Part shown: positions 25,342 through 41,273 of the stretch, in pieces
How the letters are laid out: every line of letters begins with the position of its first letter
Position numbering within the stretch: position 1 is the first letter of the stretch
Source: Eledone cirrhosa
Taxonomy: Eukaryota
DNA: 64,000 nucleotides
Reading direction: 5' to 3'
Assembly: GCA_964016885.1 (NCBI GenBank)
Contig: OZ024740.1
Coordinates: 270,444,001-270,508,000, forward strand
The notes under the pieces: model-generated
What the model saw: the letters and a program-made list of their open reading frames with translations, nothing else
Told to the model about the DNA's origin: nothing
The model's database searches: none
Made by a program: the position numbers and the translations under genes

Positions 25342-25676
25342 AATTATAGATTATTATTATTACTCTTTTTCCATGTCTAATTACCTCATGTACATTCTCC
25401 TCCGTTATATATATATATAGTGTATGCCCTTTGTGTGTGTGTAGCCTCTGCACACCCTCTGCACCCTACTATCGACGCCACCCCATCTATGGTTCAGCTA
25501 ACCACTCGACTCCCGGGAATGAATATGACCGCAGCTAGTAAACAAGGACCCACACTACACCCTTCCGCACCAAAATTAGACTTATCGTCCCCTACTTTTA
25601 CTCTTTACTCTCTTTACTCTTTGTTCTTGAATGTTTGGTTGGTAGAGTCCATAACACCAATCAAAGCCCTTTTATA

Positions 25677-25721
25677 GCTCTGACGAATCCTACGGTTACG
25701 TAAGGAAGAAACATTGTAAGC
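25677..25721 (+). ncRNA. Minimal hammerhead, canonical core
   Basis: GCT-CTGACGA-aTCCTACG gtta CGTaAGGAa-GAAA-CATTG-TA-AGC, ~45 nt before a (TA)n tract. Confidence 0.75.
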
Positions 25722-25768
25722 CAATAACAATCTTTTGATGTTGTAGACGCTCTTGTGTTCTTTATCAT

Positions 25769-26826
<1,058 letters not shown>

Positions 26827-27922
26827 AGTAGGAGGTGAGTTTTATTGTAGTACAATAAAGCAATGCAGATATCTGATAAGTAGCACTCTACAGTTTGTAG
26901 GACTGCTTGCATAAATTCCACAGAACATTCCATAAAGTATACAGTTAATATCTAATACTTTACCAATTTAAAACCCCTTTTCACAAAGGCACATATATAT
27001 ATACATATATATTTCTTTAAAAATATACCCATCTTTCTACCTTATTTCAATGTTATTTATTATACATTATATAATACTAGTTACTCATTCTATATCACTC
27101 CTATTTATCACTTCCCTTTCTTCCTTTTTTCCTTTTTTCTTTTAATTTCTAACCTCTAAACTGTACCTTTTCTTCGTAGATACTTCTCAATTCTCATTAT
27201 TACTCACCACAATATATCCACTCTTCCTTCTTCCATCCTATCACTGGCCATAAAATTTACTATTACCCTTTTAAATACTTTATAGTATCTCCTTGAAAAA
27301 TCCTTCGTAAACATAGACATTTTTTTTTACGTTAGATTATTCATCTTCAATTCATTATTTTTTTTCTCCCTTTCATGCTCATCTAACTTCTACATATTAC
27401 ATATATTCATCCACTCTTTTACTTCTTTTCACAATATATCCTTAATTACATTACTATTTTTATATTTATTTTAATAATACATATCAACAATTTCTTTCCA
27501 TCGCACGTATTATTAAAACCTTCAATATTCAAAGCTTAACTAATATTATTCTTAATACATATTAACAATTTTTTTTCATCGCACATATTATTAAACCCTT
27601 CAAATATACAAACCTTAATTTAACATTATTCTTAAATTTTTCTCTTCGTTAATTTTCAAATTCTTTTAATTTATATATTATCTTCCAACGGTCTTTTAAC
27701 CTCTCTCTGTAAAGCAATATATTTTTCTCAGTTGTAAAAGCTATCTCTCTCTGTATCACCCATCTCTCCTCCTATCTCATCCTTCCTTATTATACCCCCC
27801 CCCCCACTATTTACTCTCATCTCCTCCTCTTTTTCATCCTTTCCACCCACCCCCCTCAATTTGTTTCCCAATATCATACATCAATCTAAAACTACTTTTC
27901 ATATGTTGATTTAAAACTGCAC

Positions 27923-28145
<223 letters not shown>

Positions 28146-28179
28146 ATATATATATATACATATATACATACATATATAT

Positions 28180-28426
28180 ACAATATGTTGAAAAGGTAAC
28201 ACACCAGAGAGAGATATAGAGTGCGCTATCAATAAAGCAGGGATAAAAACCCCAGTGTATGGACCTATGAAAGTCAGACTATAGACACGAAAATTACAAA
28301 TATAAATTAAAGCGTAAATAAATACCTCTAAAACTATATAACACACGTACAAATCCAAAGGGATGTTTCGCCAATAATTTGTTGACAGAAATGGAATAAC
28401 CTCATATTCCAATAACAACATAACCA
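28180..28426 (-). mobile_element. 5'-truncated relative of the 540-bp retrozyme-like element (only the 3' half of the HHR is kept)
   Basis: Homologous to ~63137-63358; also at 45619-45864. Confidence 0.75.
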
Positions 28427-28428
28427 TA

Positions 28429-28468
<40 letters not shown>

Positions 28469-28527
28469 CATATATCTATATACATATACATATATATATA
28501 TATACATACATTTATATACATATATAC

Positions 28528-28564
<37 letters not shown>

Positions 28565-28677
28565 CATACATTTATATACATATATACATATATATATATA
28601 TACATACATATATATATATATATATATACATACATTTATATACATATATACATATATATATATATACATACATATAT

Positions 28678-28708
<31 letters not shown>

Positions 28709-28885
28709 TACATACATATATATACATATATACATATATATATACATATAGATATATACATATATATACATACATATACATATATATATACATATATATA
28801 CATATACATATATATATATAGATATATATATACATATATATATATAGATATATATATACATATATATATATAGATATATATATAC

Positions 28886-28936
<51 letters not shown>

Positions 28937-29077
28937 TATATATATATATACATATATATATATACATATAGATATAGATATATATACATATATATATACA
29001 TATATATATATATATACATATAGATATAGATATATATATACATATTTATACATATATCTATACATATGTATATATAC

Positions 29078-30133
29078 ATCATCATCATCATCATCATCAA
29101 CGTTTAACGTCCGTGTTCCACGCTTGCATGGGTTTGGACGGGGGTAGTCCCACTTGAGGCAAGAGTGATTGTCTTGCTCGCATAGGACTGTCTGGCAGGT
29201 TTTCTACAGTTGGATGCCCTTCCTAACACCAACCACATTTACAGTGTGGGTCTGGGAGGTTTTTACCGTGTTGCCTACACGGCCACATTACAGCGTGGAC
29301 TGTGTGTTTTTTTCTCGTGACACCTACACGATCTCATTTGTTTCGGCCTGGATGGCGCGGCACCAACATAACTTTACATAGAACGGGGTGGTGTGGATCG
29401 GGTGGGGGTGGTGGGACGGGGTGTATTTGTTAGAGATGCCTACTGGCTGGAGTAGGTTTTACTATATATTTAGGTAAGGCGGGTCTTCTCTGTTACTGAG
29501 TACCGCCAAAGGTCTCGGTCCAGTAACATTGTCTTGGAGAGGTGTAAGTGTGTGATGTCGGAGTTTATCAGCTCGTCCCAGGTTTTTCTAGGTCTGCCTA
29601 TTCCGTGACTACCGTCTATCTTTATTGCCCTGCACTTTGTTATACAGCTATCGACTTTCATGCGCATCACGTGTCCATACCAACGTAGCCTTCTCTCGAG
29701 TAAACAACATCTGATCCCTCTTATCTCTAATTTATTCCTTAGTTCGTTTATGCTTTGCCGTTCACGTATATTACTGTTACACATCCAGCGGAGCATGCAA
29801 GCTTCGTTCCTCTCTAGTCTGCGTATATCCTCTGCACACAATGCCCAGGTCTCACTGCCATGCAGCATTGCTGTTCGTATGCAGGCATCGTACAACCTGC
29901 CTTTCATTTTTAGTGAGAACCCTTTAGCAGCTAATAGTGGTATAAGCTCTCTGAACTTTTTCCAACCAGTTCTGACTCTAGCTACAGTACTTTCAGAGCA
30001 CCCTCCCCCACTGCTGATTTTATCGCCCAGGTAACGGAAGCTGTCCACTATTTCTATAGAACCCTCTGCGCAATTGAAAGAGCTAGTAGTTTGTGGGCAC
30101 TTGCTGCTACTTATTGCACCAGAGCACCGGCCA
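29078..30133 (-). mobile_element. RTE-clade LINE 3' fragment with (GAT)n tail
   Basis: [32 protein letters not shown]; (CAT)n on the + strand. Confidence 0.9.
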
Positions 30134-30167
30134 CATATATATATATATACATATATATATATACATT

Positions 30168-30237
<70 letters not shown>

Positions 30238-30610
30238 CATATATATATACACATATATATATATATATATACATATATATACATATATATATATATATAC
30301 ATATATCTATATATATACATATATATATACATATATATATATACATATACACATATATATATACATACATATACATATATATATGTACATACATACATAT
30401 ATATATATATACATACATACATATACATATATATATACATACATACATATATATATATATATACATACATATACATATATATATATATACATATATAAAC
30501 ATATATATATACATACATATACATATATATATATACATACATATACATATATATATATATATATACATATATAAACATATATATATACATACATATATAA
30601 ACATATATAT

Positions 30611-30653
<43 letters not shown>

Positions 30654-30672
30654 CATATATACATACATATAC

Positions 30673-30745
<73 letters not shown>

Positions 30746-30869
30746 CATATATATATATATGCATACATATATATTCACATATATATATATATTTACATGC
30801 ATACATATACATATATATATATACATATATACACATATATATACATATATACACATATATATATATACA

Positions 30870-31478
30870 TGGTGGCTGCCAACTCGTTTTCGAGTACGGC
30901 CACTACTTTATATCCATGTAGGAGAACCCCTATCGATGCGCTGAACGAGTGTGACTTTTTAGTCCAGCCAGCAACTTGAAAACTCTGGTACAAACACTAT
31001 ACTTGTGACAATTATTGACACATAGTGCTGGGCCCATGGTACCATGTGATGACAAGTGCAAAGAGATCTCCAGATATAAAGCAATGCCTGTGCTGTGAAG
31101 CTTTTATAGTGAGCAAAGGCACTCCACAAAGCCAGTCCCACTCTCTTAACCAAGATGATATTTACCAAAAAGAATAACAAGTCAACATCATTGGATACCA
31201 TCAGGGTTGCAGGTGTTATATCAGAGTTTTCCTTCTCCTAGAATTCTGCCTTGACAAAGGCTAAGGGGTCATCTCTCCCGGTGATTTTGGATGGCCATTC
31301 ACTCTTAAGAGCTCCTTTGCCCTTTGACAGGTTTTGTTTTTAGTCCTGCAGGATGTGCAAAGTCACACCCCTCACCAGGAAACCTTGGTGGGGTTGCCAG
31401 TTTAGTCGCCAACGACCCGACCATGGTACAGGTTGTACTGGGATATATGTTACCAGTAGCACCAACTGGTGACCTGAC
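30870..31478 (-). mobile_element. RTE-derived bipartite non-autonomous element, copy 2
   Basis: Same ends and sequence as 18060-18669. Confidence 0.7.
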
Positions 31479-33832
<2,354 letters not shown>

Positions 33833-34623
33833 CGTGGCAACTCTCGTGGCATCTAACAACATCAGAGACTTGGGAGTAACCGTGGACAGCAACATAAGCT
33901 GGACCACGCATATAAGCAGCAAAGTTGACATGGCCCGCAGAATGTGTTCCTGGATCCTCAGAACCTTCCAGTCGAGAGATTCCCGCACCATTATCCTTCT
34001 CTTCTCTACTTTCGCCCGACCACACCTTGAATACTGTTGTCCACTGTGGTCTCCCCACACGAAACAAAGTATCATGAAACTTGAAGCTCCTCAAAGGGCA
34101 ATCACGAAAAAGATAGATGGCATGTCAGACCTTGACTACTGGGGTCGATTGGAAAACCTGAAACTTTACTCACTCCAACGTCGCCGTGAGCGTTATATTA
34201 TCTGCATGATGTGGAAAATGTTCCATCATCACTGCCCAAATGATGTTGGCGTCGCCTTCAAGATACACCCAAGGCTTGGGCCCCGTGCTATCCGTCCCAT
34301 TCAAAAATCTAAATCGCAACTCATAACAACAATACGGCACAATTATTTCACCTCAATCGGCCCTGCTCTCTTCAACATCACACCAGGACACGTCAAAACA
34401 GAAACTGACCACACAAAATTCAAGAAGTCTTTGGACAAATTCCTCCAAGTAATCCCGGACAAACCACCCACACCCGGATATGTCTCCGCAAACAGTAATT
34501 CTCTTCTCGAATGGGCCATGGTGCCCAAATCCTGAATTGAAAGACTTCGCCAGGTGGTGCTATTAAGTTAGACATGTCCTGGGCCAATACTGGCCAAAAC
34601 ATTTCAAAGTTATTCAAAGTTAT
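33833..34623 (+). mobile_element. LINE family A 3' fragment
   Basis: [30 protein letters not shown]; tail (TTCAAAGTTA)2. Confidence 0.92.
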
Positions 34624-34663
34624 GTATGTATACATACATATATATACATACATATACATACAT

Positions 34664-34748
<85 letters not shown>

Positions 34749-34783
34749 TATTCATACATATAGATATATATATATATTTATTC

Positions 34784-34988
34784 AAATAACAGATTAAAGT
34801 TTAAGCAAAGAATCGCTGCTTTCACCCTTAACGGGATCTTCTGAAGATCCCGTTAAGGGTGAAAGCACCGTTTCTTTGCTTAAGCTTTAATCTGTTATTT
34901 TAATAAATATTTGCTCTACGGTTCTTATATATTTATCCTTATCGAGCCCTCTTTGGATTTTAGTCGTCAATATTATTATTATTACTAT
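34784..34988. mobile_element. Fold-back mini-element made of the PLE family 2 HHR/tail only
   Basis: Palindrome centred on gggatcttc-t-gaagatccc (~34842). Confidence 0.8.
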
Positions 34989-34990
34989 AG

Positions 34991-35021
<31 letters not shown>

Positions 35022-35042
35022 TACACATATATATATACGTAC

Positions 35043-35073
<31 letters not shown>

Positions 35074-35170
35074 CATACATATACATATACATACATATAT
35101 ATATATACATACATATACATATATATATATATACATACATATACATATATATATATATACATACATATAC

Positions 35171-35205
<35 letters not shown>

Positions 35206-35210
35206 CATAC

Positions 35211-35249
<39 letters not shown>

Positions 35250-35264
35250 CATATATATACATAC

Positions 35265-35295
<31 letters not shown>

Positions 35296-35374
35296 CATAC
35301 ATATATATATGTATACATATATATATATATACCTACATATATATTTATATACATATATATATATACATATAAAC

Positions 35375-35405
<31 letters not shown>

Positions 35406-35844
35406 AACATATATATATATATATAAACATATATATACATATATATATATATATATACATATATATACATATATATATATATATATACATATATACATAT
35501 ATATACATATATATACATATATATATACATATATACATGTATATACATATATACATATATATACATATATACATATATATACATATATATATACATATAT
35601 ACATATATATACATATATATACATATATATATACATATATACATATATATACATATATACATATATATACATATATACATATATATACATATATATATAC
35701 ATATATACATATATATACATATATATATACATATATATACATATATATATACATATATATATATATACATATATACATATATATATATATACATATATAC
35801 ATATATATACGTATATACATATATATACATATATATATATATAC

Positions 35845-35879
<35 letters not shown>

Positions 35880-35893
35880 CATATATACACATA

Positions 35894-35931
<38 letters not shown>

Positions 35932-36013
35932 CCCACCCACCCCTCAATTTTTTCCCAATATCATACATCAATCTAAAACTACTTTTCATATGTTGATTTA
36001 AAACTGCACTATA

Positions 36014-36050
<37 letters not shown>

Positions 36051-37580
36051 TGTTATATTTGGGGAGGGTCATATTTGCGTAATATTGCCAGAATTAATAA
36101 CAGAACACACTCACTGTTTGGTTGGTTTTCGCTTCTCGCTGTCTTTTATATATATATATCTGCGATCTAACTTACTCGGTCCTCAATGTTGCCATTGACT
36201 GACCGGCGGTCAAAAATAATACAGATACAATATAGACAAACACATATATATATAGTTTACATAAATCTTTCGTTGCACATCTGCAACATCGTCAGTGGTG
36301 TTATATTCATTGTTCCTCCTGTTGTGTTGTATGTCTACGCCATTTTTTTTTTTTGTTCAGTCTGTCTATATATTTATTTATTTATTTGCTTGTTTGTTTA
36401 TCTTATTTTATTTTGTCTTCTTTGCGCATGCGTTTGCGTGTGTGTATAGTGTTATGTGTGATGTGTGACTAGTGTGTATAGTGTTGTGTCTGCTGGGTGA
36501 CTAGTGTGTGTTTATGTGCTTGTGTATGTATTTATTTATCTTATTTTATTTAATTTAATTTACTTATTTATTTATACTTCTCTTAGGTCAGTGTTGTTTG
36601 TTTGGGTGTTGTTGTTGTTCCACTCATTCTTTCTGTTTAGCTTTGGTCTTCTAATTTCTATTTCACTGGCCTCTCTGATTTGCCTATCTGCTGGGTCATT
36701 CCTATGTTTAGATATTATTCTAATTTCTATGTTGTCTATGTTACCGTCATGATGTTGTCTAGCATGTTCGTATAGTACTGACCCGTTTTTTCGTCCTTTT
36801 AGTTCCCCCCAGTGTTGGTCTATCCTTTCACCTATGCTACGAGCTGTCTCACCTATGTATGTTGTTGTCGTGTTTCTGCAAGTACCCTCTGTACATCTTA
36901 TGCTATAGACTACGTTTCTAGTTTTACAGTTTATCCGGGGGTTCACCTTACATATGATACATTTCCTATTGGTACAGTGGGTTTTCTTAAAAGGGTAGGT
37001 TTTGCTGATCAGGGATTTTATGGTGGTTCCTGGCTTTTCTACCACCTTTATTTTTAAGTGGGTCTTTCTCAGGGCCTTTCTACACTGGTTAGCTAATTTC
37101 CCTCCAGGGGTGGCGTCCACAAACATGACACTCTGATATCTCTGGTTGTCGTACCATGATGTGGCCTTCCCTATCTTATGTCTAGCCCTATCTAAGCTAT
37201 TCCATGATTTGCTCCTGTATAGTGGGCAAATTCCTTTCATGTCCAGTTCTATGAGGGTCTTATACTTTTCCATGGCTCCTTCGTATACTCTGACTCTGTC
37301 TCTTTGGTTGTAGCCAGAGAACTGCATGCGGTTGATGAAGTGTTGGATGTGTCCTTCCATTTCTGTTGGGTCGCACATGCTGGACACATTCTTCATCACT
37401 CGTACCAATTCTGCGATCAGAATATTAAACTTAGCACTACTGGACATTGCTGAGTTTTTGAGTATCAGGTATTTGGAGGCCATGGGTTTAGCATAGTGTG
37501 AGTGGAGAATTTGGGCTCTCTCGTCTATAGTGTTAATATATATGTATATATATGTACATATATATATGTATATATATGTA

Positions 37581-37618
<38 letters not shown>

Positions 37619-37821
37619 CCCACCCACCCCTCAATTTTTTCCCAATATCATACATCAATCTAAAACTACTTTTCATATGTTGATTTAAAACTGCACTATA
37701 TATATATATATGGGCTCTCTCGTCTATAGTAAATATCTATGGGAACACTTTAATCAGTGAACAAGAACAACAAATCCTAAAGTTACCACCAAAATTTGCC
37801 ATCTACAAAAAGATTAATCCT

Positions 37822-40773
37822 ATGGAATGCAAAACGGAGCTGGAAAAGTGTTTCACAAAAATACGTTGGAATGCAAAGGTAAACAACAACAACAATAATA
37901 ACGGTAGTAGTAATATAAACAATAACTCTGGGTATAGAAATAACAGCCATAACCATAACAATGGCAGGAAAGTGAGAAATAGTGATAATGGTAATAATAC
38001 TAGCGATAGACAGAACAACAACAACCACAATAATAATAATAATAGAAACGTTAACCACAGACACAGCAACAGTGACCACAGTAGTAATAACGGTAACAAT
38101 ACGAACAACAACAACAACAATAACCACAGTGGTAATAATGGAAATAGTACATGTAGCAACATCAACAAAAACAAGAAACATAATAATAGTAACAACCACA
38201 ATGGTAGAAATAGCAGTAACAACAACAACAATAACGGTGAAGTAAACAACAATACATCTAGCAATCATAACAATAATAATATTAATGCTAAGGATAGAAA
38301 CAACAACAACCACCATGATAACAATAATAGCAACACACACAACTATGACGATAGAAATAACGACAACCCCTTAGAGAAACTATTTTTCAACCCAGCTGAC
38401 AAAACATATAAGATGGGTAATATCTATCCTACGAGGTTACCCTTTAATAAAAGAGTTTGCATACCACAACAAATAGATGACGAGACGGAGGCACAGTTCA
38501 CCATAGCTAGAAATAAGATTAGACAAGTAGTAGACAGGTACACTATGAGACAGAGCAGACCAGAGGCCCAACAACTTGGGATAAAACCTGTAGAAGGCTT
38601 GGTTAGCCTCAAGCAGCGCACAAGGGATGGTGAGGTAGTGTGTCTACCCACAGATAAGTCTGGTAGGATGTCAATAGATAGCATGCCGAACTACATCGAG
38701 GCAATGCAACCCCACATCACCAACACGAGCGAAGTTGCACAACTAACACACGATGGGAGAGAAAAAATCCTCAACGCTCACATGATGATGTGGACTGACA
38801 TCCTAAAGCCAAGCAGACGCACTGCCAACAACTTCCAGGCGTCTAACAATGGCATACCACCCTTGTATGGGCTCCGCAAAGACCACAAGACTGTCGACGA
38901 CCCGACAATAGGACCACCAACAAGACCTGTATGCGGAGCTAATATAGCTAGCAACTACAGGATCTCCTACTTCCTCTCAATGGTTATACGCCCCATAATC
39001 AAGATGTCCCCAGATGTATGTGAAAGTACAGAGGACCTCCTCAGCAGAATCAGTGAGTGCAACAAAAACAGGAGCCTATCCAACTGCATAATAGGCAGCA
39101 TGGATGTGGTGTCACTGTACCCATCCATTAACATTGATTTTGCTGTGAAAAGATGTGTGGAGATGATCATTGAGAGTGAGGTGGAGTTCTGCGACGTCGA
39201 CACAGACGAACTGGGCCTCCTACTTAGACTTACCTACGACACTGACTACCTAGACAGCCATGACCTTAGATGTTTCTGCCCTAGTAGACCTATAAGAGGT
39301 AGACCCCCCACCATAACCTCAATGGCTAAAAAGACTCCCATAGGAAGGTGGATTGGGTGGACCAAAGCTATACGGACCCCCCAAAACACTGATCAGGTAA
39401 GAAAAATGGTCGCACATGCAATAGGGGCTAGTATCAAAACTACCCTAAAGGGCCACATATTTAAGTTCAATGAGAAAATCTACACCCAAAATGAGGGAGC
39501 AGCCATCGGCGTCAGCATAGCTGGCGATGTTGCCAACCTTTTCATGGTATGGTGGGAAAGGAGACTTAAAGATCTCCTTAATGAAAGCTCCATAGACCTC
39601 ATCATGTACTCTCGTTATGTAGACGATATCAATATAGTTATAAGAACACCCCCACTAGAGAGCACTAACAAGTTTGATTTAGAACGTAGCACGATGGAAA
39701 GCATCCAGCAGATAGCTAATTCCATACACCAGAGTATAACTGTAACTATAGACTTCCCTTCCAAACACCCTAACAATAGACTACCTGTATTAGACACAGA
39801 ACTCTGGATTAACACTATAGACGAGAGAGCCCAAATTCTCCACTCACACTATGCTAAACCCATGGCCTCCAAATACCTGATACTCAAAAACTCAGCAATG
39901 TCCAGTAGTGCTAAGTTTAATATTCTGATCGCAGATTTGGTACGAGTGATGAAGAATGTGTCCAGCATGTGCGACCCAACAGAAATGGAAGGACACATCC
40001 AACACTTCATCAACCGCATGCAGTTCTCTGGCTACAACCAAAGAGACAGAGTCAGAGTATACGAAGGAGCCATGGAAAAGTATAAGACCCTCATAGAACT
40101 GGACATGAAAGGAATTTGCCCACTATACAGGAGCAAATCATGGAATAGCTTAGATAGGGCTAGACATAAGATAGGGAAGGCCACATCATGGTACGACAAC
40201 CAGAGATATCAGAGTGTCATGTTTGTGGACGCCACCCCTGGAGGGAAATTAGCTAACCAGTGTAGAAAGGCCCTGAGAAAGACCCACTTAAAAATAAAGG
40301 TGGTAGAAAAGCCAGGAACCACCATAAAATCCCTGATCAGCAAAACCTACCCTTTTAAGAAAACCCACTGTACCAATAGGAAATGTATCATATGTAAGGT
40401 GAACCCCCGGATAAACTGTAAAACTAGAAACGTAGTCTATAGCATAAGATGTACAGAGGGTACTTGCAGAAACACGACAACAACATACATAGGTGAGACA
40501 GCTCGTAGCATAGGTGAAAGGATAGACCAACACTGGGGGGAACTAAAAGGACGAAAAAACGGGTCAGTACTATACGAACATGCTAGACAACATCATGACG
40601 GTAACATAGACAACATAGAAATTAGAATAATATCTAAACATAGGAATGACCCAGCAGATAGGCAAATCAGAGAGGCCAGTGAAATAGAAATTAGAAGACC
40701 AAAGCTAAACAGAAAGAATGAGTGGAACAACAACAACACCCAAACAAACAACACTGACCTAAGAGAAGTATAA
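37822..40773 (+). CDS. PLE RT-GIY-YIG protein, 5'-truncated copy with open frame to the stop
   Basis: 983-aa ORF with RT and GIY-YIG motifs. Confidence 0.85.
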   Translation: MECKTELEKCFTKIRWNAKVNNNNNNNGSSNINNNSGYRNNSHNHNNGRKVRNSDNGNNTSDRQNNNNHNNNNNRNVNHRHSNSDHSSNNGNNTNNNNNNNHSGNNGNSTCSNINKNKKHNNSNNHNGRNSSNNNNNNGEVNNNTSSNHNNNNINAKDRNNNNHHDNNNSNTHNYDDRNNDNPLEKLFFNPADKTYKMGNIYPTRLPFNKRVCIPQQIDDETEAQFTIARNKIRQVVDRYTMRQSRPEAQQLGIKPVEGLVSLKQRTRDGEVVCLPTDKSGRMSIDSMPNYIEAMQPHITNTSEVAQLTHDGREKILNAHMMMWTDILKPSRRTANNFQASNNGIPPLYGLRKDHKTVDDPTIGPPTRPVCGANIASNYRISYFLSMVIRPIIKMSPDVCESTEDLLSRISECNKNRSLSNCIIGSMDVVSLYPSINIDFAVKRCVEMIIESEVEFCDVDTDELGLLLRLTYDTDYLDSHDLRCFCPSRPIRGRPPTITSMAKKTPIGRWIGWTKAIRTPQNTDQVRKMVAHAIGASIKTTLKGHIFKFNEKIYTQNEGAAIGVSIAGDVANLFMVWWERRLKDLLNESSIDLIMYSRYVDDINIVIRTPPLESTNKFDLERSTMESIQQIANSIHQSITVTIDFPSKHPNNRLPVLDTELWINTIDERAQILHSHYAKPMASKYLILKNSAMSSSAKFNILIADLVRVMKNVSSMCDPTEMEGHIQHFINRMQFSGYNQRDRVRVYEGAMEKYKTLIELDMKGICPLYRSKSWNSLDRARHKIGKATSWYDNQRYQSVMFVDATPGGKLANQCRKALRKTHLKIKVVEKPGTTIKSLISKTYPFKKTHCTNRKCIICKVNPRINCKTRNVVYSIRCTEGTCRNTTTTYIGETARSIGERIDQHWGELKGRKNGSVLYEHARQHHDGNIDNIEIRIISKHRNDPADRQIREASEIEIRRPKLNRKNEWNNNNTQTNNTDLREV

Positions 40774-41045
40774 ATAAATAAGTAAATTAAATTAAATAAA
40801 ATAAGATAAATAAATACATACACAAGCACATAAACACACACTAGTCACCCAGCAGACACAACACTATACACACTAGTCACACATCACACATAACACTATA
40901 CACACACGCAAACGCATGCGCAAAGAAGACAAAATAAAATAAGATAAACAAACAAGCAAATAAATAAATAAATATATAGACAGACTGAACAAAAAAAAAA
41001 AAATGGCGTAGACATACAACACAACAGGAGGAACAATGAATATAA

Positions 41046-41085
41046 CACCACTGACGATGTTGCAGATGTGCAACGAAAGATTTAT
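41046..41085 (+). ncRNA. Hammerhead-like core in the PLE inter-ORF spacer; cleavage-site strand not resolved
   Basis: CTGACGA-t-GTTGCA gatg TGCAAC-GAAA; also at ~45180-45219(+) and ~36262-36300(-). Confidence 0.45.
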
Positions 41086-41273
41086 GTAAACTATATATAT
41101 ATGTGTTTGTCTATATTGTATCTGTATTATTTTTGACCGCCGGTCAGTCAATGGCAACATTGAGGACCGAGTAAGTTAGATCGCAGATATATATATATAA
41201 AAGACAGCGAGAAGCGAAAACCAACCAAACAGTGAGTGTGTTCTGTTATTAATTCTGGCAATATTACGCAAAT

